From contig CAWIFX010000005.1 of the NCBI GenBank assembly GCA_963835515.1, forward strand, positions 5,321-69,320: a stretch of DNA of 64,000 nucleotides. The letters are read 5' to 3'. Origin of the DNA: an uncultured Acidimicrobiia bacterium (GTDB taxonomy: Bacteria > Actinomycetota > Acidimicrobiia > Spongiisociales > JAENVV01). Shown here piece by piece: positions 21,162-31,095 of the stretch. The first letter of the stretch is position 1. Every line of letters starts with the position of its first letter. Below the pieces are notes generated by a model that saw only the letters and a program-made list of their open reading frames with translations, did not search any database and had not been told where the DNA came from. The position numbers were made by a program, and so were the translations under genes.

Positions 21162-22840
21162 GAGCCGATCGGTCGCGGACGGATCTCCGATGCAACCGGG
21201 AACCAGCGCAGCGCCTCGGCTTCGAGTTCGAGACCGGGTTCTGGTTCGCACGGCGGTTCGTCGAGGGCGCGGTCGAGCAAGATCCGCGCCTCGTCGAGGT
21301 AGTCGGTAAGGGCGGTGCTACCGGCGGTCCGGCGCCGATCCGGATAGGTCATCGCTCCTGACTCGTAGCTGATCTCGGACAAGGCCATAGCGGTTCGTTC
21401 GGGCGCGTCTCGGTGTCGCCAACTGCCAGTGTGGGTGTCGAATCGGTAGCACGCGAGCAGTTTCCATCCCTCGTTGGCAATGAGGTGAACCGCATCGACG
21501 ATGAAATCGAAGGTCTCCTCGGCGAGGAAGTAGTTGAAGTTCACCCGCACCCAACCGGGCTTGATCCCCTCGCAACCCCGCAGTATCTCTTGTTCGTATT
21601 GATGCGAGGTGTCCATGTCGATGCCGAGTAGTCGATGCCCATAGGGGCCGGCACATGAACACCCTCCCCGGCTTTGAATCCCAAACAGGTCATTGAGGAG
21701 TGCAACGACGAAGTTGTGGTGGAGGTACCGGCCTTCGTACCGAATCACGAATGAGACGATCGAGAGTCGGTCGGCGTCCGGATTGCCGAGTATCTCTATG
21801 TTCGGATTGGCTTGCCAGGAGGCAATCGCCCGCTTGATGAAAGCATGCTCGAGGGAGCGGATACGGTCCGACCCGACAGCCAGCTTCAGTTGGAACACCA
21901 GTCCGGCCCGGATGGATTCGATGATGGCCGGCGTGCCGCCTTCCTCGCGATGCTCAATGTCGGTCAGGTAAAGATGCTCTTCAGTATTCACGTAGGCAAC
22001 GGTGCCACCGCCGGGCACGGCCGGGACCTTGTTCTTGAAGAGTTCCTTGCGAGCCACCAAGACCCCGGGGGTACCAGGACCTCCGATGAACTTGTGAGGG
22101 CTGATGAAGATCGCATCCTTGTGAGCGTCGTCGGGTCCGCCCGGGTCCATGTCGATGCCGATATAGGGGGCGGCCGCCGCATAATCCCAGAATGAATAGG
22201 CGCCATACCGATGAAGCAAGGAAGCCACCGCGGCGTGGTCGGTGATGATGCCGGTGACGTTGGAAGCTGCGGAGAAACTGCCGATCTTGAGCGGGCGGGC
22301 TTCGTATTCTTTGAGGGCCACCTCGAGCGCCGCCAGGTCAATATGCCCATCGCGGTCCTCGGGGATCCGGACGACGTCGGCGATCGATTCGCGCCAGGGG
22401 AGCTCGTTCGAATGATGTTCGTAGGGACCACAGAACACGACAGGGCGTTCTTCGGCGGGAATGCGGTCGCTAAGCCCGTACTGCTCATCGAGCTCGGCGG
22501 GAATTCGTAAACCGAGAACCCGGATCATCAGGTCGACGGCTCCCGTCGATCCAGAACCGACAAACAAGACTGCATGCTCATCGGTTGCTCCTACGCCCTC
22601 ACGGACCAGGCGTCGAGCATCGTCGCGGAACCGGGTTGTCTGGCGTCCCGTACCAGACGTCTCGGTGTGGGTGTTGGCGTACAGCGGTAGGACTTCATGG
22701 CGGATGAAGTCCTCGATAAACGTCAGTGAGCGCCCAGATGCGGTGTAGTCGGCGTAGGTGACCAGTCGAGGACCGAACGGCCCATCGACGACATCGTTGT
22801 CACCGATGACCGATGATCGGATGGTTTCGATGATGTCCAT
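21158..22840 (-). CDS. Class V PLP aminotransferase (cysteine desulfurase-like)
   Basis: YADYTASGR, YANTHT, EHHSNELPW, ISPHKF (PLP lysine), EEGGTP, RGGCSCA. Confidence 0.9.
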   Translation of the reverse strand: MDIIETIRSSVIGDNDVVDGPFGPRLVTYADYTASGRSLTFIEDFIRHEVLPLYANTHTETSGTGRQTTRFRDDARRLVREGVGATDEHAVLFVGSGSTGAVDLMIRVLGLRIPAELDEQYGLSDRIPAEERPVVFCGPYEHHSNELPWRESIADVVRIPEDRDGHIDLAALEVALKEYEARPLKIGSFSAASNVTGIITDHAAVASLLHRYGAYSFWDYAAAAPYIGIDMDPGGPDDAHKDAIFISPHKFIGGPGTPGVLVARKELFKNKVPAVPGGGTVAYVNTEEHLYLTDIEHREEGGTPAIIESIRAGLVFQLKLAVGSDRIRSLEHAFIKRAIASWQANPNIEILGNPDADRLSIVSFVIRYEGRYLHHNFVVALLNDLFGIQSRGGCSCAGPYGHRLLGIDMDTSHQYEQEILRGCEGIKPGWVRVNFNYFLAEETFDFIVDAVHLIANEGWKLLACYRFDTHTGSWRHRDAPERTAMALSEISYESGAMTYPDRRRTAGSTALTDYLDEARILLDRALDEPPCEPEPGLELEAEALRWFPVASEIRPRPIGS

Positions 22841-22849
22841 CTTGGAAGG

Positions 22850-23542
22850 CTACTTGACTGGCCGCGTCGTCACTGCCCGCACCAGCGCCTGGATCGTGAA
22901 GATGCCGATGATGATTGGTGCAAAAGTGAAGCCGCGCTGATACAGCAAGTAGGCCACGGCGGCGCCAACGAGCAGTCCAATGATGGCTCCGTGCAACCGA
23001 CCCGACCCTGGCAATGCCTTCTCGATCAACTCGCTCATGATCGTGCCCCCATCCAGACCCCCGATCGGGAGGAGGTTGAACGCACCGATGACGGTATTCG
23101 CCCACACAAATACGGCGAGGAAAAACACGACTGAGTTGCCCGCGTTCAGCGCATCTCCGAGATAGACCCGCCAGGGCGTGTCGAGGACTAGTTCTGCCAG
23201 GCTTCCGAAAGCGCCCACCGATGCTGCCAGCCAGAGCAGGACACCGATAATGATCGACGTAACCGACCCGGCTGCGGCAACGGCGATGCGTGGCCACCCG
23301 GTGTTTCGACCTCCCACCCAGCGTGTGACGCCTCCCAATCCGTGCAGCGTTATGCCCTGGACCTCGCCGCCAAGAGCCCTGGCCACAAACGCGTGGCCAA
23401 GTTCGTGCACGAGGATCGATAGGACGGCAGCAAGGCCGGCGACGACAGCGACGGCCGGTTCGAAGCCCTGACCGACGAAGTAGAAGAGCAACAACATCGT
23501 GATGTTGAACTCGATCGGAAATCCAAAAAGTCGAAATCGCAT
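22850..23542 (-). CDS. Site-2 protease (M50 family) membrane metalloprotease
   Basis: HELGH, NLLPIGGLDGG, multiple TM segments. Confidence 0.9.
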   Translation of the reverse strand: MRFRLFGFPIEFNITMLLLFYFVGQGFEPAVAVVAGLAAVLSILVHELGHAFVARALGGEVQGITLHGLGGVTRWVGGRNTGWPRIAVAAAGSVTSIIIGVLLWLAASVGAFGSLAELVLDTPWRVYLGDALNAGNSVVFFLAVFVWANTVIGAFNLLPIGGLDGGTIMSELIEKALPGSGRLHGAIIGLLVGAAVAYLLYQRGFTFAPIIIGIFTIQALVRAVTTRPVK

Positions 23543-24543
23543 TAATAGTCCTCGTCGGGGCGCCGCTGCTTTGAGGGCTGGACCCGAGGAGGCTCGCCGG
23601 GTTGTTTGGGATAGTGGGGTGGCCACGGGGCATCGCCGATTCCGTTGTCTTCGTCCCGTGCCATCCACTCCAGCAAGGTCGTTATCGAACCAGCGTGATC
23701 GTCCATGGTGGCGGTGAGCTCGCCGACATCGGCGTAACGGCTGGCGAATGTGTCCATCGGGAATCGCTCGATCGAGATCTCGTCCAATTCTGCCCAATCG
23801 AATGGGGTCGAGACGAATCCGGTCGGTCGGACGCCGTAGGCAGAGGAAACCGTTTTGTCGCGAGCCATCTGATTGAAATCGATGAAGACGCCGGACCGCT
23901 CTTCTTTCCACCACTTCGTGGTGACTGCACCGGGCATCCGCCGCTCCAGTTCCCTGGCGAAGGCCAGGACGGCCCGCCGCACCTGGAAGAAGTCCCAGAT
24001 CGGCTCGATGCGCACATACACATGGATGCCCCGGCTGCCAGATGTCTTAGGCCAGCTGACCAGGCCGACCTCGTCAAACAGGTCCTTGGCGCCCCGGGCA
24101 GCAGCCCGCACGTCGTCGAATCCGAACCCTTCCGTAGGGTCAAGGTCGATCCGCAACTCGTCCGGATGATCGATGTCCTCCGCCCGAACCGGCCACGGAT
24201 GAAAATCAAGACATCCGAGTTGGGCAAGTCGTAAAACGTCCGCTTCGGTTCTGGGGACGTTCATGATCCCGGGACGTTGGGACGGGAACCGGATCTCGAC
24301 GGTCTCGAACGGTGAGTTCTTGTCGGCGCGCTTGTGATAGACCGGCGGTTCGGTGACGCCCTTCATGTAGCGCTTCAACATGGTTGGCCGACCGAAGATC
24401 CCGTTGATGGCGCCTTCGGCTACCAGGGCAAAATGATTGGCGACATCGAGTTTGGTCCAACCCCGATCGGGGAAGACGATTCGATCGGGCGAGGAAATCC
24501 GCACCGTCTCCACGTCGACGTCGATGAAGGCTTCTTTAGCCAT
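23542..24543 (-). CDS. Stand-alone LigD-type primase-polymerase (Prim-PolC-like)
   Basis: ELRIDLDP, KTSGSRGIHVY, WWKEER, FIDFNQMARDKT; adjacent to ligC. Confidence 0.9.
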   Translation of the reverse strand: MAKEAFIDVDVETVRISSPDRIVFPDRGWTKLDVANHFALVAEGAINGIFGRPTMLKRYMKGVTEPPVYHKRADKNSPFETVEIRFPSQRPGIMNVPRTEADVLRLAQLGCLDFHPWPVRAEDIDHPDELRIDLDPTEGFGFDDVRAAARGAKDLFDEVGLVSWPKTSGSRGIHVYVRIEPIWDFFQVRRAVLAFARELERRMPGAVTTKWWKEERSGVFIDFNQMARDKTVSSAYGVRPTGFVSTPFDWAELDEISIERFPMDTFASRYADVGELTATMDDHAGSITTLLEWMARDEDNGIGDAPWPPHYPKQPGEPPRVQPSKQRRPDEDY

Positions 24544-25561
24544 GGGCGATCATGTCGGAGAAGCCCAGTCCATCGGGGCGTTCGAGTTGGTCCATCGTGC
24601 AGTCGGCGGCGTCTTTGTCGGGTCGCCACCGATGGAACCGGGTCGCGTGACGGAACCGGTAGCCCTCCAATTGGTCGTAGCTGATCTCGATCACGACGCC
24701 CGGCACGATGGGTACCCACGACAGGTCTTTGCCCGTCGACCATCTGCTCTCGCCGCCAGGCGCCCTGGCTTCCTCGCCGAATGAATCGTCCGACTTAAGG
24801 GCTTCGAATTGAGCGAGCATCTCGACGCGATCTGCGTCCTGGAACCCCGAACAGTGGCCGATAAAGTGCAGCTCGCCTTCGTCGTTGTACAAGCCGAGCA
24901 GCAGCGACCCGATCTTGTCGCCGTCCTTATGGATCCGGTACCCACCGACAACGCAGTCGACGGTGCGCCGATGCTTGATCTTGATCACCGCCCGTTTTCC
25001 GTGGATGTAAGCCTGGTCGAGTGGCTTGGCGATGATTCCGTCACACCCGGTTGGTTCAAACTCGTCGAACCATCGCTTCGCCAGTTCCTCATCGGTCGTG
25101 GATGGCGTGAGGTTCCACGGAGCATCGAGTCCGGCGAGCAGCTGTTCAAGGCGGCCCCGGCGTTCATGGAATGGAAGCGCACGCAAGTCCTCGCCGCGGT
25201 CGGCGAGCAGGTCGAAGGCCACCAACTGTGCCGGGATTTCTCCCGACAATTTCTCCACCCGGGAGGCGGCCGGATGAAGCCGGAGTTGCAGTGTGTCAAA
25301 ACTTGTTTCGTCGTCGATCACCACCACAATCTCGGCATCGACCACGGTTCCTTCCGGGAGCTGAGCGATCGCGGGAGCGAGCTCAGGGAAATATCTGAGG
25401 AGTGGTCGTTGGTTGCGCGAGTCGATGCGCCCTTCCGGGTTCGACCATACAACGGCGCGGAAACCGTCCCACTTTGGCTCGTAGGCGAACGAGCCTTTCG
25501 GCCACTTTTCGGAAACCTTGGCTTCCATCGTTTCGATCGGGGGAGGAAAAGGCCACGTCAT
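24536..25561 (-). CDS. ligC: ATP-dependent DNA ligase LigC
   Basis: EPKWDGFR adenylation motif, SRNQRPLLRYFPE, KIKHRRTVDCVVGG, RFRHATRFHRWRPDK. Confidence 0.92.
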   Translation of the reverse strand: MTWPFPPPIETMEAKVSEKWPKGSFAYEPKWDGFRAVVWSNPEGRIDSRNQRPLLRYFPELAPAIAQLPEGTVVDAEIVVVIDDETSFDTLQLRLHPAASRVEKLSGEIPAQLVAFDLLADRGEDLRALPFHERRGRLEQLLAGLDAPWNLTPSTTDEELAKRWFDEFEPTGCDGIIAKPLDQAYIHGKRAVIKIKHRRTVDCVVGGYRIHKDGDKIGSLLLGLYNDEGELHFIGHCSGFQDADRVEMLAQFEALKSDDSFGEEARAPGGESRWSTGKDLSWVPIVPGVVIEISYDQLEGYRFRHATRFHRWRPDKDAADCTMDQLERPDGLGFSDMIAHG

Positions 25562-25624
25562 GATGCAATACAAGCACGCAACACCATTTGTGAATAGCAA
25601 CACACGGCCGGTACGCTCTATCGG

Positions 25625-26449
25625 GTGTCTGTGGCGGACAAGGCATCCATTCGTGCAGTTCTTGCACTTCTACTCACCGGATTGATCTTCGGGCTTATTT
25701 GGCTCACCGGTGGTGCCAACGCGCGGATTAGAGATGCCGCAGCAGCCGAGGCCCTTCCCTCTACCTCGATGGCTACCGCCTCGACAGTCAACCTTCCGGC
25801 CGACCCACCGCTTGAGGCCGGCACCCTGATCGAGCTCGATACCCTCACGGAACCGAAGGAAGGCGCCGCCTTCGCTGCGCTGGCGGCCCCTGCTTCGACA
25901 ACCGTCGAGGTAGCTCCGACCAGCCTGCCTCCAACCACCCAGCCGTCAACCACGAGTACCGAACCATTGACGACCACTACCGCCGAGGTCGAGACAACCA
26001 CCACCGTCCAGGCGACCACGAGCACCACCCACGATCATCCGACCACCACCGTTGCCGACACCACCACCACTACGGAAGCACCGACGACGACCACAACGGT
26101 TGCTTCGACTACGACAACTACCGAGCCCCCTACGACGACCACGACAACCGGCGGTGAATACTCGGGAGTGCTTTCTGAGTCCGAAGCACGGGATCTGTTC
26201 AGTCAGTACTTCTCGGGCGACGATGTTGACGTGGCGATGCGAATTGCGATTTGCGAGAGCAGCCTCAACACCAATGCTTACAACCCGGCCGGATACGGCG
26301 GGCTCTTCCAACACTCGATCGCCTACTGGGATAGCCGGGCGGCTGCGGCGGGGTGGGCCGGCGCCAGCATCTACGATGGAGCAGCAAACACGGCTGTCGC
26401 TTACTGGCTCTATAGCCAGAGCGGTTGGTCGCCCTGGCCGAACTGTTGA
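25625..26449 (+). CDS. Membrane-anchored Thr-rich stalk protein with C-terminal SLT/lysozyme-like transglycosylase domain
   Basis: N-terminal TM; poly-Thr linker; IAICESSLN, GGLFQ, GWSPW. Confidence 0.8.
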   Translation: MSVADKASIRAVLALLLTGLIFGLIWLTGGANARIRDAAAAEALPSTSMATASTVNLPADPPLEAGTLIELDTLTEPKEGAAFAALAAPASTTVEVAPTSLPPTTQPSTTSTEPLTTTTAEVETTTTVQATTSTTHDHPTTTVADTTTTTEAPTTTTTVASTTTTTEPPTTTTTTGGEYSGVLSESEARDLFSQYFSGDDVDVAMRIAICESSLNTNAYNPAGYGGLFQHSIAYWDSRAAAAGWAGASIYDGAANTAVAYWLYSQSGWSPWPNC

Positions 26450-26458
26450 GAGGATCGT

Positions 26459-27010
26459 GTGGCTGCAGTTGACATCGCCGGGTTCGTCGCCGACCTAAAA
26501 AGCCATGCGATGGATCACGGTTTCCACGTTCACGACGAACGCCATTTCATCGAGACGTACTCACTGAGCCAGATGTGGGAGATTGATGTGCATCCGGAGC
26601 AGACGTGTGGTGGGGCATTGGACCTGCACATGGCCCTCGATGTAGATCCCCGCGTCCTCCTCGACTTCGAAGACCACGTACGTGATCTCCCGGTCGATGT
26701 GGATGGGCCTGACGACGTGTTCGGGCTTACGCTCGGTTTCAACTGGGGTTTGCCTCCCCTTGAACAACAGCCGGACCTGCTGGTGCTTGCCACCGAACTG
26801 GCCGGTATCGGCGGCATGAAGTTTCCGGTTGAGGTCTCGGCGATCGACTCGTTCGGGGCGGTGACCGACGCGGCTGAGCGCCGGGTGGTGGTTGTCGGAC
26901 GAATCGGTATTTCGCTGGCTGACATCTTCATGGGCAATGAGCAGCTTTGTGATGAGCTGGATCTCGCCCACGACATCAGCATTTACCTGAACGACCTACT
27001 GGTGACCTGA
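26459..27010 (+). CDS. Hypothetical acidic protein
   Basis: 183-aa ORF with GAGAGGA Shine-Dalgarno, co-oriented in the run; no motif recognised. Confidence 0.7.
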   Translation: MAAVDIAGFVADLKSHAMDHGFHVHDERHFIETYSLSQMWEIDVHPEQTCGGALDLHMALDVDPRVLLDFEDHVRDLPVDVDGPDDVFGLTLGFNWGLPPLEQQPDLLVLATELAGIGGMKFPVEVSAIDSFGAVTDAAERRVVVVGRIGISLADIFMGNEQLCDELDLAHDISIYLNDLLVT

Positions 27011-27072
27011 ACGTTCAAACACAGGTGCCGGGAAGGTACCCTCAGATCAGCGACCTGCGGAACGAGCGGAAC

Positions 27073-27555
27073 ATGGACGACTACACCTTCTTGACCACGA
27101 TGGGCAACGTGGCAGCCTCGGTGACGGTGGTCACAACTTTTGACACGGCTGACAAGCCCACCGGCCTCACGGTTAGTGCATTCTCCTCAGTCAGCCTTGA
27201 TCCACCGCTCGTGTTGGTGTGTCTGGGGAAAGAGGCGTCATCGCTGGAAGCCATCCGCCAGCGAGGTGGCTACACGGTGAACTTCATGGCCGCTGGCACC
27301 GGTGACCTGGCGCTGGCCATGGCCCTGCGATCCGATGACCGCTTCGCCGACGTCGCTTATGACAGTCCATCGACCGGGGTGGGGGGCCCGATCCTCACCG
27401 ATTCGATATACGCCTATTTCGAGTGCGCCGTGGAGTCCGAGATCGACGCGGGAGATCACGTGATCTTTATCGGGCGGGTGCTGGCTGGCGAGTTCCTCCG
27501 GGAGCGCGAACCGCTTGTCTACTGGCGGCGCGGATTTGCCGAAGTGTCACACTGA
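27073..27555 (+). CDS. Flavin reductase family protein
   Basis: GLTVSAFSSVSLDPPLVLVC, AGDHVIFIGRV, PLVYWRRGF. Confidence 0.92.
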   Translation: MDDYTFLTTMGNVAASVTVVTTFDTADKPTGLTVSAFSSVSLDPPLVLVCLGKEASSLEAIRQRGGYTVNFMAAGTGDLALAMALRSDDRFADVAYDSPSTGVGGPILTDSIYAYFECAVESEIDAGDHVIFIGRVLAGEFLREREPLVYWRRGFAEVSH

Positions 27556-27935
27556 TGGGAGTGGGACCGGTGTGGCCGGCCGGGGTTTTGGTCTTCACGA
27601 GTTCGGACCGTTTCGAGGAAATGGCCCGGTTCTATCGGGACGTCCTGGCGCTACCGGTCAGATCGGATCGGCCCGGCTTCATCAATTTTGCCTTTGGTGA
27701 TCAACGGTTAACGGTGGCGATTCACTCCGAGGTGACCGGATCATCCCGGGACCCGGACCGGCTCATGATCAACTTCTCTACGGATGACGTAGCGGCGGCG
27801 GTGGCGTACTTGACGGAAGTCGGGGTCGACATCGTTCGGTACGCCGAACGCGAGAAGTGGGGTGGTTGGGTGGCGACCTTCCGGGATCCCGATGGGAACC
27901 TGCTCCAACTGCTTGAGCTACCGCTGGTGACCTAA
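27555..27935 (+). CDS. VOC/glyoxalase family protein
   Basis: RFYRDVLAL, WGGWVATFRDPDGNLLQL; TGATG overlap. Confidence 0.88.
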   Translation: MGVGPVWPAGVLVFTSSDRFEEMARFYRDVLALPVRSDRPGFINFAFGDQRLTVAIHSEVTGSSRDPDRLMINFSTDDVAAAVAYLTEVGVDIVRYAEREKWGGWVATFRDPDGNLLQLLELPLVT

Positions 27936-29110
27936 GCGAAACCATCCAGGCGGGCGAGGACTTGAAGCATGACTTCGTCCGCCCCGCCACCGATGGAACC
28001 CAAACGAGCGTCGCGCACGTATCGAGACGTCCAGGTCTCCTCCATATAGCCGACGCCCCCATGGAACTGGAGGCACCAGTCTCCAACTTCCCTCGCCAAA
28101 CGACCCGACTTGAGTTTGGCGATCGTGGCCATGCGAACCGGGTTCTCTTGGCGCATGTGGGCGGCGGCCAGGGCATAGTTGTAATGGCGCAACAGGTCGA
28201 CCTCGGCGGCCAGTTCAGCGAGTTTGTACTGGATGTACTGATTCTTGATGAGCGGCTTTCCGAACACCTCTCGCTCGTGCAGGTACTGCTTGGTCCGTTC
28301 AAGGGCCAAATCCATCCCTCCGACGGCCGAGTAGGAAGCCCACATTCGCTCGACGACGAACTGGGCCATTTGTTGTTGGAACCCACTCCCGATCGTGCCG
28401 ATCGTGTTGGCGACTGGAACCCGCATATCGGTGAACGTCAAGAACCCTGTGTCCGAGGCGCGCATGCCGAGCTTGTCGAGTTTCTTTGACACCTCAAAGC
28501 CCGGGGTACTGGTTTCGACGATCACCTGGGACATACCCTCGTATCCGCCCTCGCCGGACGTGCGTATGAGCACACACAACCAGTCGGCCTGCAAGCTGTT
28601 CGTGATGTACATCTTCGAACCGTTGATGACCCACTCGTCGCCATCGCGCACCGCCCGGGTCTTGATGCCGGCCACGTCCGAACCGGCGTCTGGCTCGGTC
28701 ACCGCCACGCCGCACACGACATTGCCGCGCAGCGCCGGGGCCAGGAATTGCTGCTTTTGTTCGGCGGTCCCGAAGTTCCCAAGAGACGGGGTAGCCATGT
28801 CGGTCTGTACCCCGAGCGCCATTCCGATCGACCCGTTGTGAGCTCGTCCGGCTTCTTCGGCCAGAACGACCGTAAAGAGATGGTCGGCTCCCTGGCCGCC
28901 AAACTCAGGGTCGTATTCGAGCCCGAGGAAGCCCAGGTCTCCCATCTGCTTGAAAATGGTGTGGAGCGGCATCATGCCCGCCTCCTCCCATTCCGCAACA
29001 TGGGGGTTGATCTCCCGCTCAAAGAACTCTCGGACGACCTTTCTGAACTGGTGATGCTCGTCGGCGAACTGCTTGGCGGGTAGTGGCGTGGCGCTATTCC
29101 GGGACGTCAT
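27932..29110 (-). CDS. Acyl-CoA dehydrogenase (AtuD/long-chain-like)
   Basis: AVTEPDAGSD, NGSKMYITN, KLGMRASDT, CLQFHGGVGY, IGGGADEVM. Confidence 0.95.
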   Translation of the reverse strand: MTSRNSATPLPAKQFADEHHQFRKVVREFFEREINPHVAEWEEAGMMPLHTIFKQMGDLGFLGLEYDPEFGGQGADHLFTVVLAEEAGRAHNGSIGMALGVQTDMATPSLGNFGTAEQKQQFLAPALRGNVVCGVAVTEPDAGSDVAGIKTRAVRDGDEWVINGSKMYITNSLQADWLCVLIRTSGEGGYEGMSQVIVETSTPGFEVSKKLDKLGMRASDTGFLTFTDMRVPVANTIGTIGSGFQQQMAQFVVERMWASYSAVGGMDLALERTKQYLHEREVFGKPLIKNQYIQYKLAELAAEVDLLRHYNYALAAAHMRQENPVRMATIAKLKSGRLAREVGDWCLQFHGGVGYMEETWTSRYVRDARLGSIGGGADEVMLQVLARLDGFA

Positions 29111-29141
29111 GGGCTGATCCTAGAAGCTGCTCGCGCTGCTT

Positions 29142-29191
29142 CTGCCTCGGAGGCTTCCCTCGATGATCGGGGTTCGAACTTCCCGAGGCAG
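29142..29191. repeat. Imperfect GC-rich inverted repeat (REP-like hairpin) between divergent genes
   Basis: Outer arms CTGCCTCGG and CCGAGGCAG; inner CCTCGAT/ATCGGGG. Confidence 0.4.
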
Positions 29192-29226
29192 GGTATGGTT
29201 CGAGCCAATGAGATCGAGGAGGAGCC

Positions 29227-29577
29227 ATGTCTGAGGAGATTGAGGTTTGTCCAAGTGCCGAGTTGACGCCGGGCAAGATTGTCGGCGCCGGCCCGTACGC
29301 GGTCGGCAACTCGCAGGACGATCTGTTCGCAGTGACCCGCCGGTGCCGGCACTTGCTGGCTGATCTGGCCGATGGCTCGATTGCCAAGGACGGTTGCCTG
29401 GTGTGCCCGTGGCACGGCGCCAAGTACGACGTGGACACCGGTCGGATGGTCCGCGGACCCCAGGGGATCTTCGCCAAGATTCCGTTCCTTGGCACAACGT
29501 ACAAGGTCCTGACGACCGTGCTGCCGCTCCGGCGGGGCAAGGTTTCCGAACGTAACGACACGGTCTTCGTCGAGTAG
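29227..29577 (+). CDS. Rieske [2Fe-2S] ferredoxin
   Basis: CRH...CPWH ligands; GAGGAGGAG Shine-Dalgarno. Confidence 0.9.
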   Translation: MSEEIEVCPSAELTPGKIVGAGPYAVGNSQDDLFAVTRRCRHLLADLADGSIAKDGCLVCPWHGAKYDVDTGRMVRGPQGIFAKIPFLGTTYKVLTTVLPLRRGKVSERNDTVFVE

Positions 29578-29680
29578 TTGGGACGGCGCCAAGGCCATCG
29601 GATCGGTCAACGGATCCGGATTCCGGCATCATCCGGGTAGTCTTTTGGTTAACCAACTGATCGGGAAGGAGCCCGCACCC

Positions 29681-30724
29681 ATGGGCGTATTTTCCTCAGA
29701 CGACCGTGACGGGCATACCCACGTCCTATACGGCGCTGATGACGTAAGCGGCCTCAAGGCCATTGTTGCCATCCACTCGACGGCCCTCGGTCCCGCCCTC
29801 GGTGGTACCCGGTTTTACCCCTATCAATCCGAAGACGAAGCTCTCCATGATGTGCTCCGCCTGTCGCAAGGGATGACACTCAAAAACGCCGCAGCCGGAC
29901 TCGACCACGGCGGCGGGAAGGCTGTCATCATCGGGGATCCGCGGATCATTAAGACCGAGGCACTCATGCGCGCCTATGGACGACTCATTGAGTCTCTGGG
30001 TGGCCGTTATGTGACAGCTGAAGACGTCGGAACTACGGCCCAAGACATGGAGTGGGTCAGCGGTGAGACAAGGTGGGTCACCGGGACCTCGACCGCTCAC
30101 GGTGGGTCGGGCGATCCGTCTCCGGCGACCGCATTGGGGGTCTTTTCTTCGCTGGTGGCAGCAGTCGACTATGCATTCGGATCCTCGGATCTCGCCGGTA
30201 GGAGAGTGGCTGTGCAAGGCGTTGGAAAGGTCGGCCATGCCTACGTCGGTCTGCTTGTCGAAGCCGGAGCCGAGGTACTGGTGGCCGACGTGTGGGAACC
30301 GGCGGTCGATCGAGCGGTCGAAGACTTCGGGGTGAAGGCGGTTCCTCATGAGGAAATCCTGTTTGCGGATGTTGATGTCGTATCTCCCTGCGCCATGGGC
30401 GAGGTGCTCAACGCCCACACGATTGCACGGCTCAACTGTCGACTCGTGGTCGGTTCGGCGAACAACCAGCTCGCCCACGATGACGACGCCGATCGTCTTC
30501 TCGCTAGAGACATCGTCTATGTCCCCGACTTCGTTGCGAACGCTGGCGGCGTGATAAATGTTGCCGACGAACTACACGGCTATGACGCGGAGCGGGTGAT
30601 GCGCAAAGTGCAAGGCCTCGGTGAGCGCACGAAGAATATTCTCGAATCGGCGAGAACTTTGTCGATCACCCCGAATGAAGCGGCCATCCGAATGGCCATG
30701 GCCCGGATTGACGCAGCCAGCTAG
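29681..30724 (+). CDS. Leu/Val/Phe dehydrogenase (ELFV family)
   Basis: GPALGGTR, GGGKAVI, TAEDVGT, QGVGKVG, GSANNQL, PDFVANAGG. Confidence 0.93.
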   Translation: MGVFSSDDRDGHTHVLYGADDVSGLKAIVAIHSTALGPALGGTRFYPYQSEDEALHDVLRLSQGMTLKNAAAGLDHGGGKAVIIGDPRIIKTEALMRAYGRLIESLGGRYVTAEDVGTTAQDMEWVSGETRWVTGTSTAHGGSGDPSPATALGVFSSLVAAVDYAFGSSDLAGRRVAVQGVGKVGHAYVGLLVEAGAEVLVADVWEPAVDRAVEDFGVKAVPHEEILFADVDVVSPCAMGEVLNAHTIARLNCRLVVGSANNQLAHDDDADRLLARDIVYVPDFVANAGGVINVADELHGYDAERVMRKVQGLGERTKNILESARTLSITPNEAAIRMAMARIDAAS

Positions 30725-30761
30725 AGCGGGGCACCCCTCGACCGAGTTGAGACCACTGCCT

Positions 30762-31019
30762 TCATGAAGGCGGGGCTTCAGTCCGATGTCGGATGTCCAT
30801 GAGTGACTCCCGGCATTCCGCGACCAGGTCGGGGTCTTCCGTGGCGTCATCGGCAATCTGGTTGAGTGCCGCCGCTGCTTCGGGTTCGTTGAAGGCACCG
30901 AGGTCCATGGCCGCGTCTGATCGATCGCCGAAAGGGGCTAGCCGGTTCAGGAGAACCGAGATCAGACCGGCGGGTTGAGCCGGGTCCACAGTCGGGCGCA
31001 GTCGTCGATTCCTCGGCAT
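30762..31019 (-). CDS. Small HEAT-like helical hypothetical protein
   Basis: DRSDAAMDLG...EAAAALNQIADD...CRESL helical pattern; fills the gap between genes. Confidence 0.5.
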   Translation of the reverse strand: MPRNRRLRPTVDPAQPAGLISVLLNRLAPFGDRSDAAMDLGAFNEPEAAAALNQIADDATEDPDLVAECRESLMDIRHRTEAPPS

Positions 31020-31095
31020 GATTGCGACTTTAGCCACCCATGGTGGTGGGCTCTCAAGCCGGTGCCCACGACTGCTTGCCATCTAACATGACCGG

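Noticed and set aside
25890-26150. ACC/ACG-rich low-complexity repeats (also near 41110-41280 and 47340-47460)
   Set aside because: They encode Thr-rich linkers of surface proteins and are not independent DNA repeats.
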